NCBI GenBank assembly: GCA_045639125.1
Contig: JAZUCL010000010.1
Location: 36,213-100,212, forward strand
Origin: Eubacteriales bacterium
Lineage (GTDB): Bacteria; Bacillota; Clostridia; Oscillospirales; QAMX01
Direction: 5' to 3'
Length of the DNA: 64,000 nucleotides
Shown here: piece after piece, positions 55,209-64,000 of the stretch
Layout: each line of letters starts with the position of its first letter
Position numbering within the stretch: position 1 is the first letter of the stretch
Made by a program: the position numbers and the translations under genes
The notes under the pieces: generated by a model
What the model saw: the letters and a program-made list of their open reading frames with translations, nothing else
Told to the model about the DNA's origin: nothing
Database searches by the model: none

Positions 55209-56600
55209 TTAGTTCTTGCCCTTGATGTATTCATCAATAGCGGCAGCAGCACCCTTACCTGCACCCATTGCAAGAATAACTGTTGCAGCACCTGTAACAG
55301 CATCACCACCGGCGAATACGCCCTCACGAGATGTCTTGCCTGTATCTTCGCTTTCAACAATGATACAACCATGCTTATTCGTATCAAGACCGGGAGTAGT
55401 GGTACGAATCAAGGGGTTGGGAGAAGTACCGATAGCAATAATAACCGTGTCCATCTCAAGTTCAAACTCGCTGCCTTCCTTAACGACAGGACGGCGGCGG
55501 CCTGATGCATCAGGCTCACCAAGTTCCATCTCAACGCACTTAATACCCTTTACCCAACCATCTTCACCGATAATCTCTACAGGGTTTGTAAGAAGTTTGA
55601 ATACAATGCCTTCTTCCATAGCGTGGTGCACTTCTTCTGCACGAGCAGGAAGTTCGTCCATACTTCTTCTGTAAATGATATATACGTTTTCAGCACCCAT
55701 ACGCATTGCACAACGTGCTGCGTCCATTGCTACGTTACCACCACCGACAACTGCTACATTCTTAGACTTCATGATAGGTGTATCGGAACCTTCAACGTAT
55801 GCCTTCATTAAGTTGATACGTGTAAGATACTCGTTTGCAGAGTAAACACCGTTGAGGTTCTCACCAGGCAAACGCATGAAACTAGGCAGACCAGCACCGC
55901 TTCCTACGAATACAGCCTCAAAGCCTTCCTCAAACAATTCGTCAATAGTCTCTGTTCTACCAACTACGAAGTTTGAAACGACTTCAACACCCATAGCCTT
56001 CAAAGACTCAATTTCTCTTGCAACAATAGCCTTAGGCAGACGGAATTCAGGAATACCGTATACCAAAACACCACCTGCTGTATGGAATGCTTCAAAAATT
56101 GTAACCTGATAACCAAGTTTTGCAAGGTCACCTGCACAAGTAAGACCGGAAGGACCTGAACCTACAATAGCCACTTTATGACCATTGGAAACAGGCTTTT
56201 CAGGCTTGTCCTCTACATTTGCCATGTGCCAGTCAGCAACAAAACGCTCAAGACGTCCAATAGCAACAGGCTCACCTTTGATACCACGAACACACTTTGA
56301 CTCACACTGTGTTTCCTGTGGGCATACACGACCACAAACAGCGGGAAGTGCGTTTGTTTCACGGATTTTCTGATATGCTTCTTCGAACTTACCTTCCTTA
56401 ACAAAAGCGATAAATTCGGGAATCGGTACATTTACAGGACAACCTGCAACACAGGGACGATGCTTACAGCCGAGGCACCGATTTGCCTCATCAATTGCCT
56501 GCTCAGGCGTATAGCCCAAGGCAACTTCCTTAAAGTTACGTGCTCTGACCTTTGCGTCCTGCTCCGGCATAGCATTTTTCTTCGGTGCCATATTAGCCAT
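55209..56600 (-). CDS. nfnB: GltD-like NADPH-binding FAD/2x[4Fe-4S] subunit (NfnB / SudA / glutamate synthase small-chain family)
   Basis: 463 aa. N-terminal Cys clusters (CLGCKHRPCVAGCP, CGRVCP), two GxGxxG folds (VAIVGSGPSG, VAVVGGGNVAMD). Overlaps its FNR-like partner. Confidence 0.7.
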   Translation of the reverse strand: MANMAPKKNAMPEQDAKVRARNFKEVALGYTPEQAIDEANRCLGCKHRPCVAGCPVNVPIPEFIAFVKEGKFEEAYQKIRETNALPAVCGRVCPQETQCESKCVRGIKGEPVAIGRLERFVADWHMANVEDKPEKPVSNGHKVAIVGSGPSGLTCAGDLAKLGYQVTIFEAFHTAGGVLVYGIPEFRLPKAIVAREIESLKAMGVEVVSNFVVGRTETIDELFEEGFEAVFVGSGAGLPSFMRLPGENLNGVYSANEYLTRINLMKAYVEGSDTPIMKSKNVAVVGGGNVAMDAARCAMRMGAENVYIIYRRSMDELPARAEEVHHAMEEGIVFKLLTNPVEIIGEDGWVKGIKCVEMELGEPDASGRRRPVVKEGSEFELEMDTVIIAIGTSPNPLIRTTTPGLDTNKHGCIIVESEDTGKTSREGVFAGGDAVTGAATVILAMGAGKGAAAAIDEYIKGKN

Positions 56601-57441
56601 TTTCCTTACCTCCTGTTAGACGGCAGATGTGTGCATCAAGTGATGCCTTTTCCATTTCCTTATACATTCCACCTCGACGCATTGCCTCATCAAAATCAAC
56701 AAGATGTCCGTCAAATTCAGGACCATCTACACAAGCAAACTTTGTTTCTCCACCTACTGTAAGACGGCAACCGCCACACATTCCTGTACCATCAATCATA
56801 ACGGGGTTCATGCTGACAATTGTAGGTACGTTGTAGGGCTTTGTGGTAGCACATACGAACTTCATCATAATCAGCGGACCGATTGCAATTACTTCATCGT
56901 ACTGTACACCTGCGTCAAGTTTCTCTTTGAGGAAGTTGGTGACAAGACCCTTATTTCCGTTGGAGCCGTCATCGGTACAGATGATGAGTTCATCGCATAC
57001 TGCACGCATTTCGTCCTCAAGCATAATAAGTTCTTCATTTCTAAAACCTGCAATAATATCAACCTTTGCACCCATTTCGTGAAGTGCCTTTGCCTGTGGG
57101 TATGCAATAGCACAGCCGAGGCCGCCACCGATAACACAAGCACGCTTTATGCCCTCAAGATGAGAAGGCTTACCAAGAGGTCCTGCAAAATCATGCAGAC
57201 TGTCTCCTACATTAAGTTCACCAAGTGCCTTTGTTGTCTTGCCGACTTCCTGATAAATAATAGTTACAAGGCCCTTTTCTCTATCTGTTTCTGCAATGGT
57301 AAGGGGAATACGTTCTCCGTTCTCATCGACTCTCAGGATAATGAACTGACCTGCAAGTGCCTTTCTTGCAACGAAAGGTGCTTCAATCTTCATCAGTTTT
57401 ACCTGTGGATTGAGAACTCTTTTTTCTACGATTTTGTACAT
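56593..57441 (-). CDS. nfnA: FNR-like FAD/[2Fe-2S] subunit (NfnA / SudB)
   Basis: 282 aa; RIPLTIA, GPLG, C-terminal Cys cluster CGGCRLTVGGETKFACVDGPEF. The 8-nt overlap with nfnB is the typical pairing. Confidence 0.7.
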   Translation of the reverse strand: MYKIVEKRVLNPQVKLMKIEAPFVARKALAGQFIILRVDENGERIPLTIAETDREKGLVTIIYQEVGKTTKALGELNVGDSLHDFAGPLGKPSHLEGIKRACVIGGGLGCAIAYPQAKALHEMGAKVDIIAGFRNEELIMLEDEMRAVCDELIICTDDGSNGNKGLVTNFLKEKLDAGVQYDEVIAIGPLIMMKFVCATTKPYNVPTIVSMNPVMIDGTGMCGGCRLTVGGETKFACVDGPEFDGHLVDFDEAMRRGGMYKEMEKASLDAHICRLTGGKENG

Positions 57442-57492
57442 TTCTCCACCAAACCTTTCTTTAGAATTTGAACTCTTTTAAGTGAGAATATT

Positions 57493-58860
57493 TTAATTGT
57501 TTTCTTTTTCAAGAAGTTCTACTGCTTTCATGTATATAGCACATTCTACACGTTTTCTTTCAAGTTCACAACCTACAAAATATGGTTTTGCAATATCTCC
57601 GTTTGTGAAAAAGTTAGATGCACTGCAACCTCCACTACAATAGAACTTTGCCCAACAGTTTCCGCAATCCTCTCTCGTATAGACATTTAACGCTCCAAAA
57701 CGATCTGACAATTCAAAGTTAAATGTATTGTCATAGAGATTTCCCAACTTATAATCAGACTGTCCAACAAACTGATGGCATGGGTATATGTCACCCTCAG
57801 GAGTAATTGCCGTATACTCATAGCCTGCACCACAACCACGAAGTCTTTTTATGATACAAGGGCCTTGCTCCAAGTCAATCATAAAGTGGAAGAAGTTAAA
57901 GCCTTTTCCCTCACGCTTGCGTTTGAGAAGTTCATCTGCAAGAATGTCGTATCGTGAATAAATTTCTTCCAAATCGCTTTCTTGTAATGCCCAGGGAAGT
58001 TTTGGATCACTTACAACAGGCTCAACAGATACCTGTTCAAAGCCAAGATCTGCCATGTGAAGCACATCACGGTCAAAGTCTAAGTTATGATGGGTAAATG
58101 TACCACGCACATAGTAATCCTTATCGCCTCGTGATGCTACAAGTTTCTGAAACTTTGGCACAATGGTATCGTAACTGCCTGAACCATCTACACGAATACG
58201 GAGATTATCGTTTACATCTTTACGTCCGTCAAGGGACAGTACGGCATTTGACATTTCTCTGTTGATGTACTCAATTTTCTCATCGTCAAGAAGCACACCG
58301 TTTGTAGTAATAGTAAACCGGAAATTTTTGTTGTGTTTTGCCTCGATTGAGCGAGCATACTCAACTGTCTTTTTAACAGTTTCCCATGCCATCAAAGGCT
58401 CGCCGCCAAAAAAATCCACTTCAAGATTTCGCCGTGTGCCTGAACGCTCGATAACGAAGTCAATAGCACGTTTTGCCGTTTCAAAATCCATGATTTTTCT
58501 ACCCGTGTGGAAGTCACCTGTTGCTGCAAAGCAGTATTTACACCGCAAATTGCAGTCATGGGATACGTGCAAACAGAGCGCCTTAATCGGTGCGCTCTGT
58601 CGTACCTGCTTTGGAATATAACTGTCGTCCGAAAACAGTGCACCGTCCTTATAGAGTTTGTAAAGTTCTGAATATGCTTCAACTACATCTTTTCCGTCAA
58701 AACCATCAAAACCGCAAGCAAACTCTGCGGGACATTCCTCACTTAAAGGCGTAGAAAGTTTACCGCACAACGCATAACTCACGTCGTCTAAGATGTGAAC
58801 TGCACCGCTGTCGGTGTCACATACGATATTAACGCCATTGCGAGAAAATGCATGTATCAT
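57493..58860 (-). CDS. scfB: Radical SAM/SPASM maturase of the SCIFF peptide
   Basis: 455 aa with the radical-SAM motif CNLRCKYC and a Cys-rich SPASM C-terminus (CGAGYEY, CHQF, CGNCWAKFYCSGGC). Sits immediately downstream of a SCIFF-type peptide gene. Confidence 0.85.
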   Translation of the reverse strand: MIHAFSRNGVNIVCDTDSGAVHILDDVSYALCGKLSTPLSEECPAEFACGFDGFDGKDVVEAYSELYKLYKDGALFSDDSYIPKQVRQSAPIKALCLHVSHDCNLRCKYCFAATGDFHTGRKIMDFETAKRAIDFVIERSGTRRNLEVDFFGGEPLMAWETVKKTVEYARSIEAKHNKNFRFTITTNGVLLDDEKIEYINREMSNAVLSLDGRKDVNDNLRIRVDGSGSYDTIVPKFQKLVASRGDKDYYVRGTFTHHNLDFDRDVLHMADLGFEQVSVEPVVSDPKLPWALQESDLEEIYSRYDILADELLKRKREGKGFNFFHFMIDLEQGPCIIKRLRGCGAGYEYTAITPEGDIYPCHQFVGQSDYKLGNLYDNTFNFELSDRFGALNVYTREDCGNCWAKFYCSGGCSASNFFTNGDIAKPYFVGCELERKRVECAIYMKAVELLEKENN

Positions 58861-59003
58861 TATTTCTTATTCTCGCACTTCTGATTTGCTACTGTGCAGG
58901 AAGTCTTACAAGCAGACTGGCAGGAAGCCTGGCATTCGCCACAGCCGCCCTTTGCAACGGAATTCTTGAGAACTGTCGTATTAAGAGTCTTTACGTGTGT
59001 CAT
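58860..59003 (-). CDS. scfA: SCIFF precursor peptide (six cysteines in ~45 residues)
   Basis: Not in the ORF track (<60 aa). Hand translation: MTHVKTLNTTVLKNSVAKGGCGECQASCQSACKTSCTVANQKCENKK (47 aa, 6 Cys). GGAGGA RBS 8 nt upstream. The stop TAA overlaps the scfB ATG (TAATG). Confidence 0.85.
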   Translation of the reverse strand: MTHVKTLNTTVLKNSVAKGGCGECQASCQSACKTSCTVANQKCENKK

Positions 59004-59030
59004 AATAATATCCTCCAAATATTTTTTAAT

Positions 59031-59432
59031 TTATTTAAGCATCGCACCTGCGACACTACCAAGCGTACCACCTAAAACACTGGATATGAGTATAGGCAAC
59101 ACGCCATTTTGTGGAAATAATCCCTCTAAAAAGAGAGCGCCAAGTACCACAAGGATAATAAACAGGAACGACCCTGTTACAATCCCCGTCAACAATGCAC
59201 GTCTACCGATTACACGTGCGGAGAAAAAGCCTGCTGATACTGCACCAACAGCACATATACCGACTGACATTCCGTCAATTAATGACTCGGACATATTGCC
59301 AGATACCACAAGCAAAGCACATATAAACGGTATTGCCAACGTAATAACTACACCTATTACAGCAGAAATACCAATCAGCGCTATTTCTTGCGTCAGCCGC
59401 AACTGTGTGTTGATAGAATGGTCTTTACGCAA
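59031..59432 (-). CDS. Small integral membrane protein (possibly YrzE/TIGR04086-like; tentative)
   Basis: 133 aa with 3-4 Gly/Ala-rich TM helices. The TTG start is uncertain. Confidence 0.45.
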   Translation of the reverse strand: MRKDHSINTQLRLTQEIALIGISAVIGVVITLAIPFICALLVVSGNMSESLIDGMSVGICAVGAVSAGFFSARVIGRRALLTGIVTGSFLFIILVVLGALFLEGLFPQNGVLPILISSVLGGTLGSVAGAMLK

Positions 59433-59441
59433 AATCCATCA

Positions 59442-59480
59442 CTCCCGAATATGAATTGATGGTTCTATCCTATTCGGGAG
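59442..59480 (-). other. Stem-loop between yajC and the membrane-protein gene
   Basis: CTCCCGAATA / TATTCGGGAG, a 10-bp perfect stem with a 19-nt loop and no clear U-tract. Confidence 0.4.
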
Positions 59481-59509
59481 AGAGTGGATTCATTACCTAA
59501 AGCATACGT

Positions 59510-59857
59510 TTAGTCGGAGATTTTTGTTTCCTTTGCGCCGATTGCCCAACGCTGTACAGTAATACGAACCTTATTTGCACCACTTTCGATGGTAATAAGA
59601 TCGTCTTTAATGTTGCAGACACGACCAACTATACCGCCACGAGTGATTACATCATCACCAACTTCAAGACCTCTACGCATATCGTTTTCCTGTTTCTCTT
59701 TTTTACGCTGTGGGCGAATAAGGAAGAAATAGAAAACAACGAAAACAATTACGATAGGCAGAATTTGTGGAATAAGAGCCGTCATATCTCCTTGAGGAGT
59801 GGCGGTGTTTGCTGCTGTCAGTGGGAATGTCGACATAGAACCGAATAATCCTGTCAT
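59510..59857 (-). CDS. yajC: Preprotein translocase subunit YajC
   Basis: Start at ATG 59857 after GGAGG. A TM helix followed by FFLIRPQRKKEKQ...GDDVITRGGIVGRV. Confidence 0.85.
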   Translation of the reverse strand: MTGLFGSMSTFPLTAANTATPQGDMTALIPQILPIVIVFVVFYFFLIRPQRKKEKQENDMRRGLEVGDDVITRGGIVGRVCNIKDDLITIESGANKVRITVQRWAIGAKETKISD

Positions 59858-60036
59858 TGATACACCTCCAAATGTGTTGTAAGCCGTATTTCCTCTGCCA
59901 AATCGGCAAAGAATAAAACCATCTACAGACTCCAAACTACATTATACAATTATTTTTTCAATATTACAAGTAGTTTCAGTAAATTTTAAGTCTTTGTGTG
60001 AAAAATTTTATTATTACATCATAAGGAGCCGTCATT

Positions 60037-60741
60037 ATGATTATTTCCCTTGTTAGAACTCTCATTCTCTATGGACTCATTGTTTTATTTATGCGTCTTA
60101 TGGGAAAAAGGCAGTTAGGTCAACTTGAACCATCAGAACTTGTTGTTTCAATTATGATTTCCGACCTTGCCGCCGTTCCCATGCAAAACCCGGGTATACC
60201 ACTTATTGCAGGTGTTGTACCTATTGTCACTCTATACTGTGCAGAGATGATTTTAAGTATATTGTGCAAAAAATCTATGTCGATACGAAAACTACTTTGC
60301 GGACACCCAAGTATTATCATTTTAGACGGTGTTATAAATCAAGATGAACTTAAACGACTTCGTATAAGTGTTACGGAACTTTTAGAGGAACTGCGTCTAA
60401 AAGACGTATTTGACATTTCAGAAGTCAGTTGCGGATATTTGGAAACAAACGGGCAGTTAAGCGTACTTCTAAAGCCCAATGCTCGTAATGTTACTGTCGG
60501 TGATATGAATATACCAACTGAAAACAAAGCAACAAATTATATTACAGTCATTGCCTGTGGTAAACTTATCAAGGAAAACTTATATGCTTGTGGGCGTGAT
60601 GAAAAGTGGCTTGAAAAACGACTAAAAAAAGAGAAAGTACGATCATATCGTGACGTATTTCTTCTGATTGTTGATGACGTTGGTAATAGTGTTTTAATAC
60701 CCAAAGCACCTGACAGAAAGCCTACCGAGAAAGATGCTTAA
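60037..60741 (+). CDS. DUF421 (YetF-like) membrane protein
   Basis: 234 aa; LFMRLMGKRQLGQLEPSELVVSIMISD and the C-terminal YetF-type domain. Confidence 0.7.
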   Translation: MIISLVRTLILYGLIVLFMRLMGKRQLGQLEPSELVVSIMISDLAAVPMQNPGIPLIAGVVPIVTLYCAEMILSILCKKSMSIRKLLCGHPSIIILDGVINQDELKRLRISVTELLEELRLKDVFDISEVSCGYLETNGQLSVLLKPNARNVTVGDMNIPTENKATNYITVIACGKLIKENLYACGRDEKWLEKRLKKEKVRSYRDVFLLIVDDVGNSVLIPKAPDRKPTEKDA

Positions 60742-60761
60742 CTATAAAACGGAGAGTTAAA

Positions 60762-61160
60762 ATGAAAATTGACAGAAATATCCTTAACTTAATAATCACA
60801 TTGGCAGTATTTGTTGCCCTTATTTTTGCAGGAGTTGCAAATTTATCCTCTGCACAAAAGCGGTGTGACGCCTTTTTAGAGTATGCCGACAGTTGTATGA
60901 CGGCCTGTGCAAATGACGACAGTGTGACAGCCCTTGAAACCCTTGACGAGTTTCGCAAATCTTGGGACAGTCAAAGTCTGTATTTAGCGGCAATATTTGA
61001 GCATACAAAATTTGAAAGCGTCGAAGTTTCACTTTCCCTTGCAAAGGCTTCTCTTATTTACAACGACACCCGAAGTGCATATACACATCTCACATCGCTA
61101 CGGCAGATGATAGAACAACTTAAAGATGTCGAGGCATTTGAACTTGAAAATATCTTGTGA
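60762..61160 (+). CDS. DUF4363-like small protein (usual partner of DUF421)
   Basis: 132 aa with an N-terminal TM helix and a helical remainder. The adjacency to DUF421 is typical of Clostridia. Confidence 0.55.
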   Translation: MKIDRNILNLIITLAVFVALIFAGVANLSSAQKRCDAFLEYADSCMTACANDDSVTALETLDEFRKSWDSQSLYLAAIFEHTKFESVEVSLSLAKASLIYNDTRSAYTHLTSLRQMIEQLKDVEAFELENIL

Positions 61161-61213
61161 TTTTTATAATTTCCGTGTATACTGTAATTACATTCTATTA
61201 CACGGAGGCTTAT

Positions 61214-61804
61214 ATGAACTTTGCAAAAATATGCACAACCTTACAAGATAATAATAAACTGATAGAATTTTCCTTTGATTTAACGAAAGATATTCCAAAT
61301 GATATTGATTTTACAAATGATACCATTCCTCTTTTTACAAACTTTGGAACAGATATTTTAAGTAACCAATATGTTCTTTTCTACGAAAACGCATTATCCA
61401 ATATATGTAACTTGTGCGACAAATCGAACACTGTCGTAATTTCACCGTCACGACACAGTATTCTTCGTAGCGGAAAGGCAATCTCTGACTTTTTGGTTCG
61501 TGCAGACAGAGATAATCTTTTTGTACTTCTCTCACCTGCCCAACTTCTGACAAACTCTTCAGAGGACGAAATGTTTTACGCTCTTGACGGACATATATAC
61601 GGTATTTACGCCACAGATATTGATTTGACAACTGACAAAATCGTTACATTAGGTGAAGGCGACGTGTCGTGGACAACAGTCTTAACACTTCTTTCCGACC
61701 ATTGCCCTGACGGCACAATATATCTGCCCGATACAGACAGATATACAGTTGACTGCGATTTTTTAAGAAAACTTGACGAAGTCGCTTGTCGTATGCTCGG
61801 TTAA
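61214..61804 (+). CDS. Hypothetical protein
   Basis: Start at ATG 61214 after GGAGG; 196 aa with no recognisable motif. Confidence 0.45.
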   Translation: MNFAKICTTLQDNNKLIEFSFDLTKDIPNDIDFTNDTIPLFTNFGTDILSNQYVLFYENALSNICNLCDKSNTVVISPSRHSILRSGKAISDFLVRADRDNLFVLLSPAQLLTNSSEDEMFYALDGHIYGIYATDIDLTTDKIVTLGEGDVSWTTVLTLLSDHCPDGTIYLPDTDRYTVDCDFLRKLDEVACRMLG

Positions 61805-61829
61805 GCCTATATATTTTGTCACTTTGCCA

Positions 61830-61859
61830 TTGAAAAATGAATAGCATTTGTGATATACT
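61830..61859 (+). promoter_or_regulatory. Promoter for icd
   Basis: TTGAAA (61830-61835), 18-nt spacer, TGA-TATACT (61854-61859). Confidence 0.45.
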
Positions 61860-61901
61860 GTGGTTTGTATGGAAAAGAAACGAAATTCGGAGGAATTACG
61901 A

Positions 61902-63113
61902 ATGGAAAAAATTAAAATGACTACCCCTCTCGTTGAGATGGACGGCGACGAAATGACTCGTGTTTTGTGGAAGATGATTAAGGATATCTTAATTCTTCCT
62001 TATGTAGACTTAAAAAGCGAATACTACGATTTAGGTCTTAAATATCGTGATGAAACGAATGATCAAGTAACAATTGACTCTGCTCTTGCAACCAAGAAAT
62101 ACGGCGTTGCAGTTAAGTGTGCTACCATTACACCAAACGCAGCCCGTGTTAAAGAGTATAACTTGCGTCAAATGTGGAAAAGCCCCAACGGTACTATTCG
62201 TGCGATTTTGGACGGAACGTGTTTCCGTAAGCCAATTATTGTAAAGGGAATTGAGCCGTACATAAAAAATTGGAAATCTCCCATTACAATCGCAAGACAC
62301 GCCTATGGTGATATATACAAGGCTACTGAGTTAAAAGCACCTGCAAATTCCAAGGCTGAACTTGTTGTTACTGACAGCGATGGCAAGGAAACTCGTGCTT
62401 TAATTCACGATTTCAAAACTGATGGTATTTTGATGGGTATGCACAACATAGACGACAGTATCGCAAGTTTTGCCCATTCATGTTTTAAGTTTGCACTTGA
62501 TGAAAAGCAAGACCTGTGGTTCTGTGCAAAAGATACTATATCCAAAACATACGACCACCGTTTCAAAGACATTTTCCAAGAGATTTACGATAATAATTAC
62601 AAGGCAAAGTTTGAGGCTTGTGGCATTACCTACTTCTACACCTTGATAGATGATGCCATTGCTCGTGTTATCAGAAGTGAAGGCGGATTTATCTGGGCGT
62701 GTAAGAACTACGACGGAGACGTTATGAGTGATATGATTGCCACCGCTTTCGGAAGTCTTGGCATGATGAGTTCTGTACTCGTTTCTCCTGATGGCACATA
62801 CGAATTTGAGGCTGCACATGGTACTGTAACACGTCACTACTACAAGTACTTAAAGGGTGAGCCTACTTCTACGAACTCTGTTGCTACTTTGTACGCATGG
62901 TCAGGTGCTCTCCGCAAGAGAGGCGAACTTGACAATTTACCCGCTCTCTGCGAATTTGCAGAACGTCTTGAAAAGGCAACTGTTGCAACTATTGAAGATG
63001 GTGTTATGACAGGAGATTTGTATGCACTTTCTACACTTGCAAATAAAAAGACAGTTGACAGCGAAACATTCCTTCGTGAAATTGCTTTAAGACTTGACAA
63101 AATGTACGCATAG
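61902..63113 (+). CDS. icd: NADP-dependent isocitrate dehydrogenase (eukaryote-like subfamily II)
   Basis: Start at ATG 61902 after [38 protein letters not shown]. Confidence 0.9.
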   Translation: MEKIKMTTPLVEMDGDEMTRVLWKMIKDILILPYVDLKSEYYDLGLKYRDETNDQVTIDSALATKKYGVAVKCATITPNAARVKEYNLRQMWKSPNGTIRAILDGTCFRKPIIVKGIEPYIKNWKSPITIARHAYGDIYKATELKAPANSKAELVVTDSDGKETRALIHDFKTDGILMGMHNIDDSIASFAHSCFKFALDEKQDLWFCAKDTISKTYDHRFKDIFQEIYDNNYKAKFEACGITYFYTLIDDAIARVIRSEGGFIWACKNYDGDVMSDMIATAFGSLGMMSSVLVSPDGTYEFEAAHGTVTRHYYKYLKGEPTSTNSVATLYAWSGALRKRGELDNLPALCEFAERLEKATVATIEDGVMTGDLYALSTLANKKTVDSETFLREIALRLDKMYA

Positions 63114-63127
63114 CCAAAAATTAGAAC

Positions 63128-63156
63128 GCCGCCATACAGATATTTCTGTGTGGCGG
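63128..63156 (+). terminator. Intrinsic terminator after icd
   Basis: CCGCCATACAGA / TCTGTGTGGCGG (one G-U pair) followed by TTCTTTT. Confidence 0.65.
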
Positions 63157-63250
63157 TTCTTTTATCTAAAAATTCACAGAAAAATCACTTGTTCTTTTAA
63201 TTCTTTGTGGTATACTAAACTTGTAATACTTGGAAAGAAGGTAATTTGCC

Positions 63251-64000
63251 GTGCTTACCATTCACAACTTAAATGATCGCAAAGATGCCTTTGATACTGT
63301 ATGTCGTTGGATTTATGACGAATTTATTGTAGGACAACGAGAGAGTATGTCATACGCCGATGTTGAAAAACTGTTTCGTGAAAGACTTGATACTAATTAT
63401 CCACAGACTCTTGTCGCCGAATATGACGGCAAATATGTTGGTACAGTATCTCTTGTCAAAGACGACAAAATTGAAGATTGCACATACACACCATGGCTTG
63501 CGTCCCTCTTTGTACTTCCTGAATACAGAAATCTTGGAATAGCACGTTTACTTATAGACCGCTGTGCAAACGAGGCACGAAAGTTAGGTTTTAACGAACT
63601 TTATCTTCATACTGAGAAAACTGACGGCTACTACGTTTCTCTCGGTTGGGATAAAGTTGAGGAACGTGTTGACTGCTATGGTCTTGACACTCGAATTTAC
63701 AAGATGCCTCTAAAGCCTGAACGGCTCAATATCGGCTGTCATCTGTCTGTAAGTCGAGGTTTTGCCCACATGGGTAAAGAGGCATTGTCTATCAATGCAA
63801 ATACATTCCAATTCTTTAGCAGAAATCCTCGTGGCGGTGCGGTAAAGAAAGCAGACCCAACAGATGTGGCAGCATTAAGAGCGTTATGCAAAGAGAATAA
63901 ATTTGCAAAACTTCTCGTTCATGCACCTTATACCTTAAATCCATGTTCAATAGACGAAAAAGTACGAGACTTTGCATATCGTGCTATGTCTGAAGATTTG
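63251..64000 (+). CDS. GNAT N-acetyltransferase domain fused in frame to endonuclease IV (Nfo), 3' end outside the window
   Basis: Absent from the ORF track because it has no stop in the window. Hand translation from GTG 63251 is open to base 64000. Residues 1-150 are GNAT-like ([34 protein letters not shown]). From residue 152 (ATG 63704) the sequence [20 protein letters not shown]...[11 protein letters not shown]...[12 protein letters not shown] reads as endonuclease IV. Confidence 0.65.
   Translation, partial: MLTIHNLNDRKDAFDTVCRWIYDEFIVGQRESMSYADVEKLFRERLDTNYPQTLVAEYDGKYVGTVSLVKDDKIEDCTYTPWLASLFVLPEYRNLGIARLLIDRCANEARKLGFNELYLHTEKTDGYYVSLGWDKVEERVDCYGLDTRIYKMPLKPERLNIGCHLSVSRGFAHMGKEALSINANTFQFFSRNPRGGAVKKADPTDVAALRALCKENKFAKLLVHAPYTLNPCSIDEKVRDFAYRAMSEDL

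Noticed and set aside
56704-57471. 255-aa + strand ORF opposite nfnA
   Set aside because: It fully overlaps nfnA on the other strand. The composition is typical of an antisense frame, and there are no start signals.

Overview
This is a 64-kb chromosomal window from a low-GC Firmicute, probably class Clostridia, judging by SLH surface proteins, SCIFF/ScfB, NfnAB, a DUF421/DUF4363 pair, GGAGG-type RBSs and sigma-A TTGACA/TATAAT promoters. All calls come from reading the sequence and ORF translations by eye; no database search was run.

Layout:
- 3' part of polC.
- A complete histidine operon, hisZGDCBHAFIE (2.7-10.4 kb).
- Three small membrane or exported ORFs.
- A long minus-strand housekeeping block: rpsU, leuS, rsfS, two LCP genes, yqeK, nadD, yhbY, rdgB, rph, ftsY, smc.
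- Two very large tandem paralogous genes (24.7-35.3 kb) for secreted CBM-array proteins. One is SLH-anchored.
- A T-box-controlled operon (35.6-41.7 kb).
- A mixed set of metabolic genes: DAHP synthase, PHP histidinol phosphatase, an aminotransferase, DUF362, ispE, glnS, gltX, nfnAB, icd.
- The scfA/scfB SCIFF RiPP pair, yajC, and a GNAT-endonuclease IV in-frame fusion that runs off the window end.

The most unusual locus is the T-box operon. AspRS is fused in frame to GatC. The next gene is a shortened GatA-like protein that has lost both catalytic serines of the amidase-signature triad. Then come a normal gatB and an asparaginase-family gene with intact catalytic motifs. This suggests a hybrid tRNA-dependent amidotransferase in which a GatD-like amidohydrolase replaces the dead GatA glutaminase.

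No rRNA, tRNA, CRISPR array, transposase or integrase was seen.
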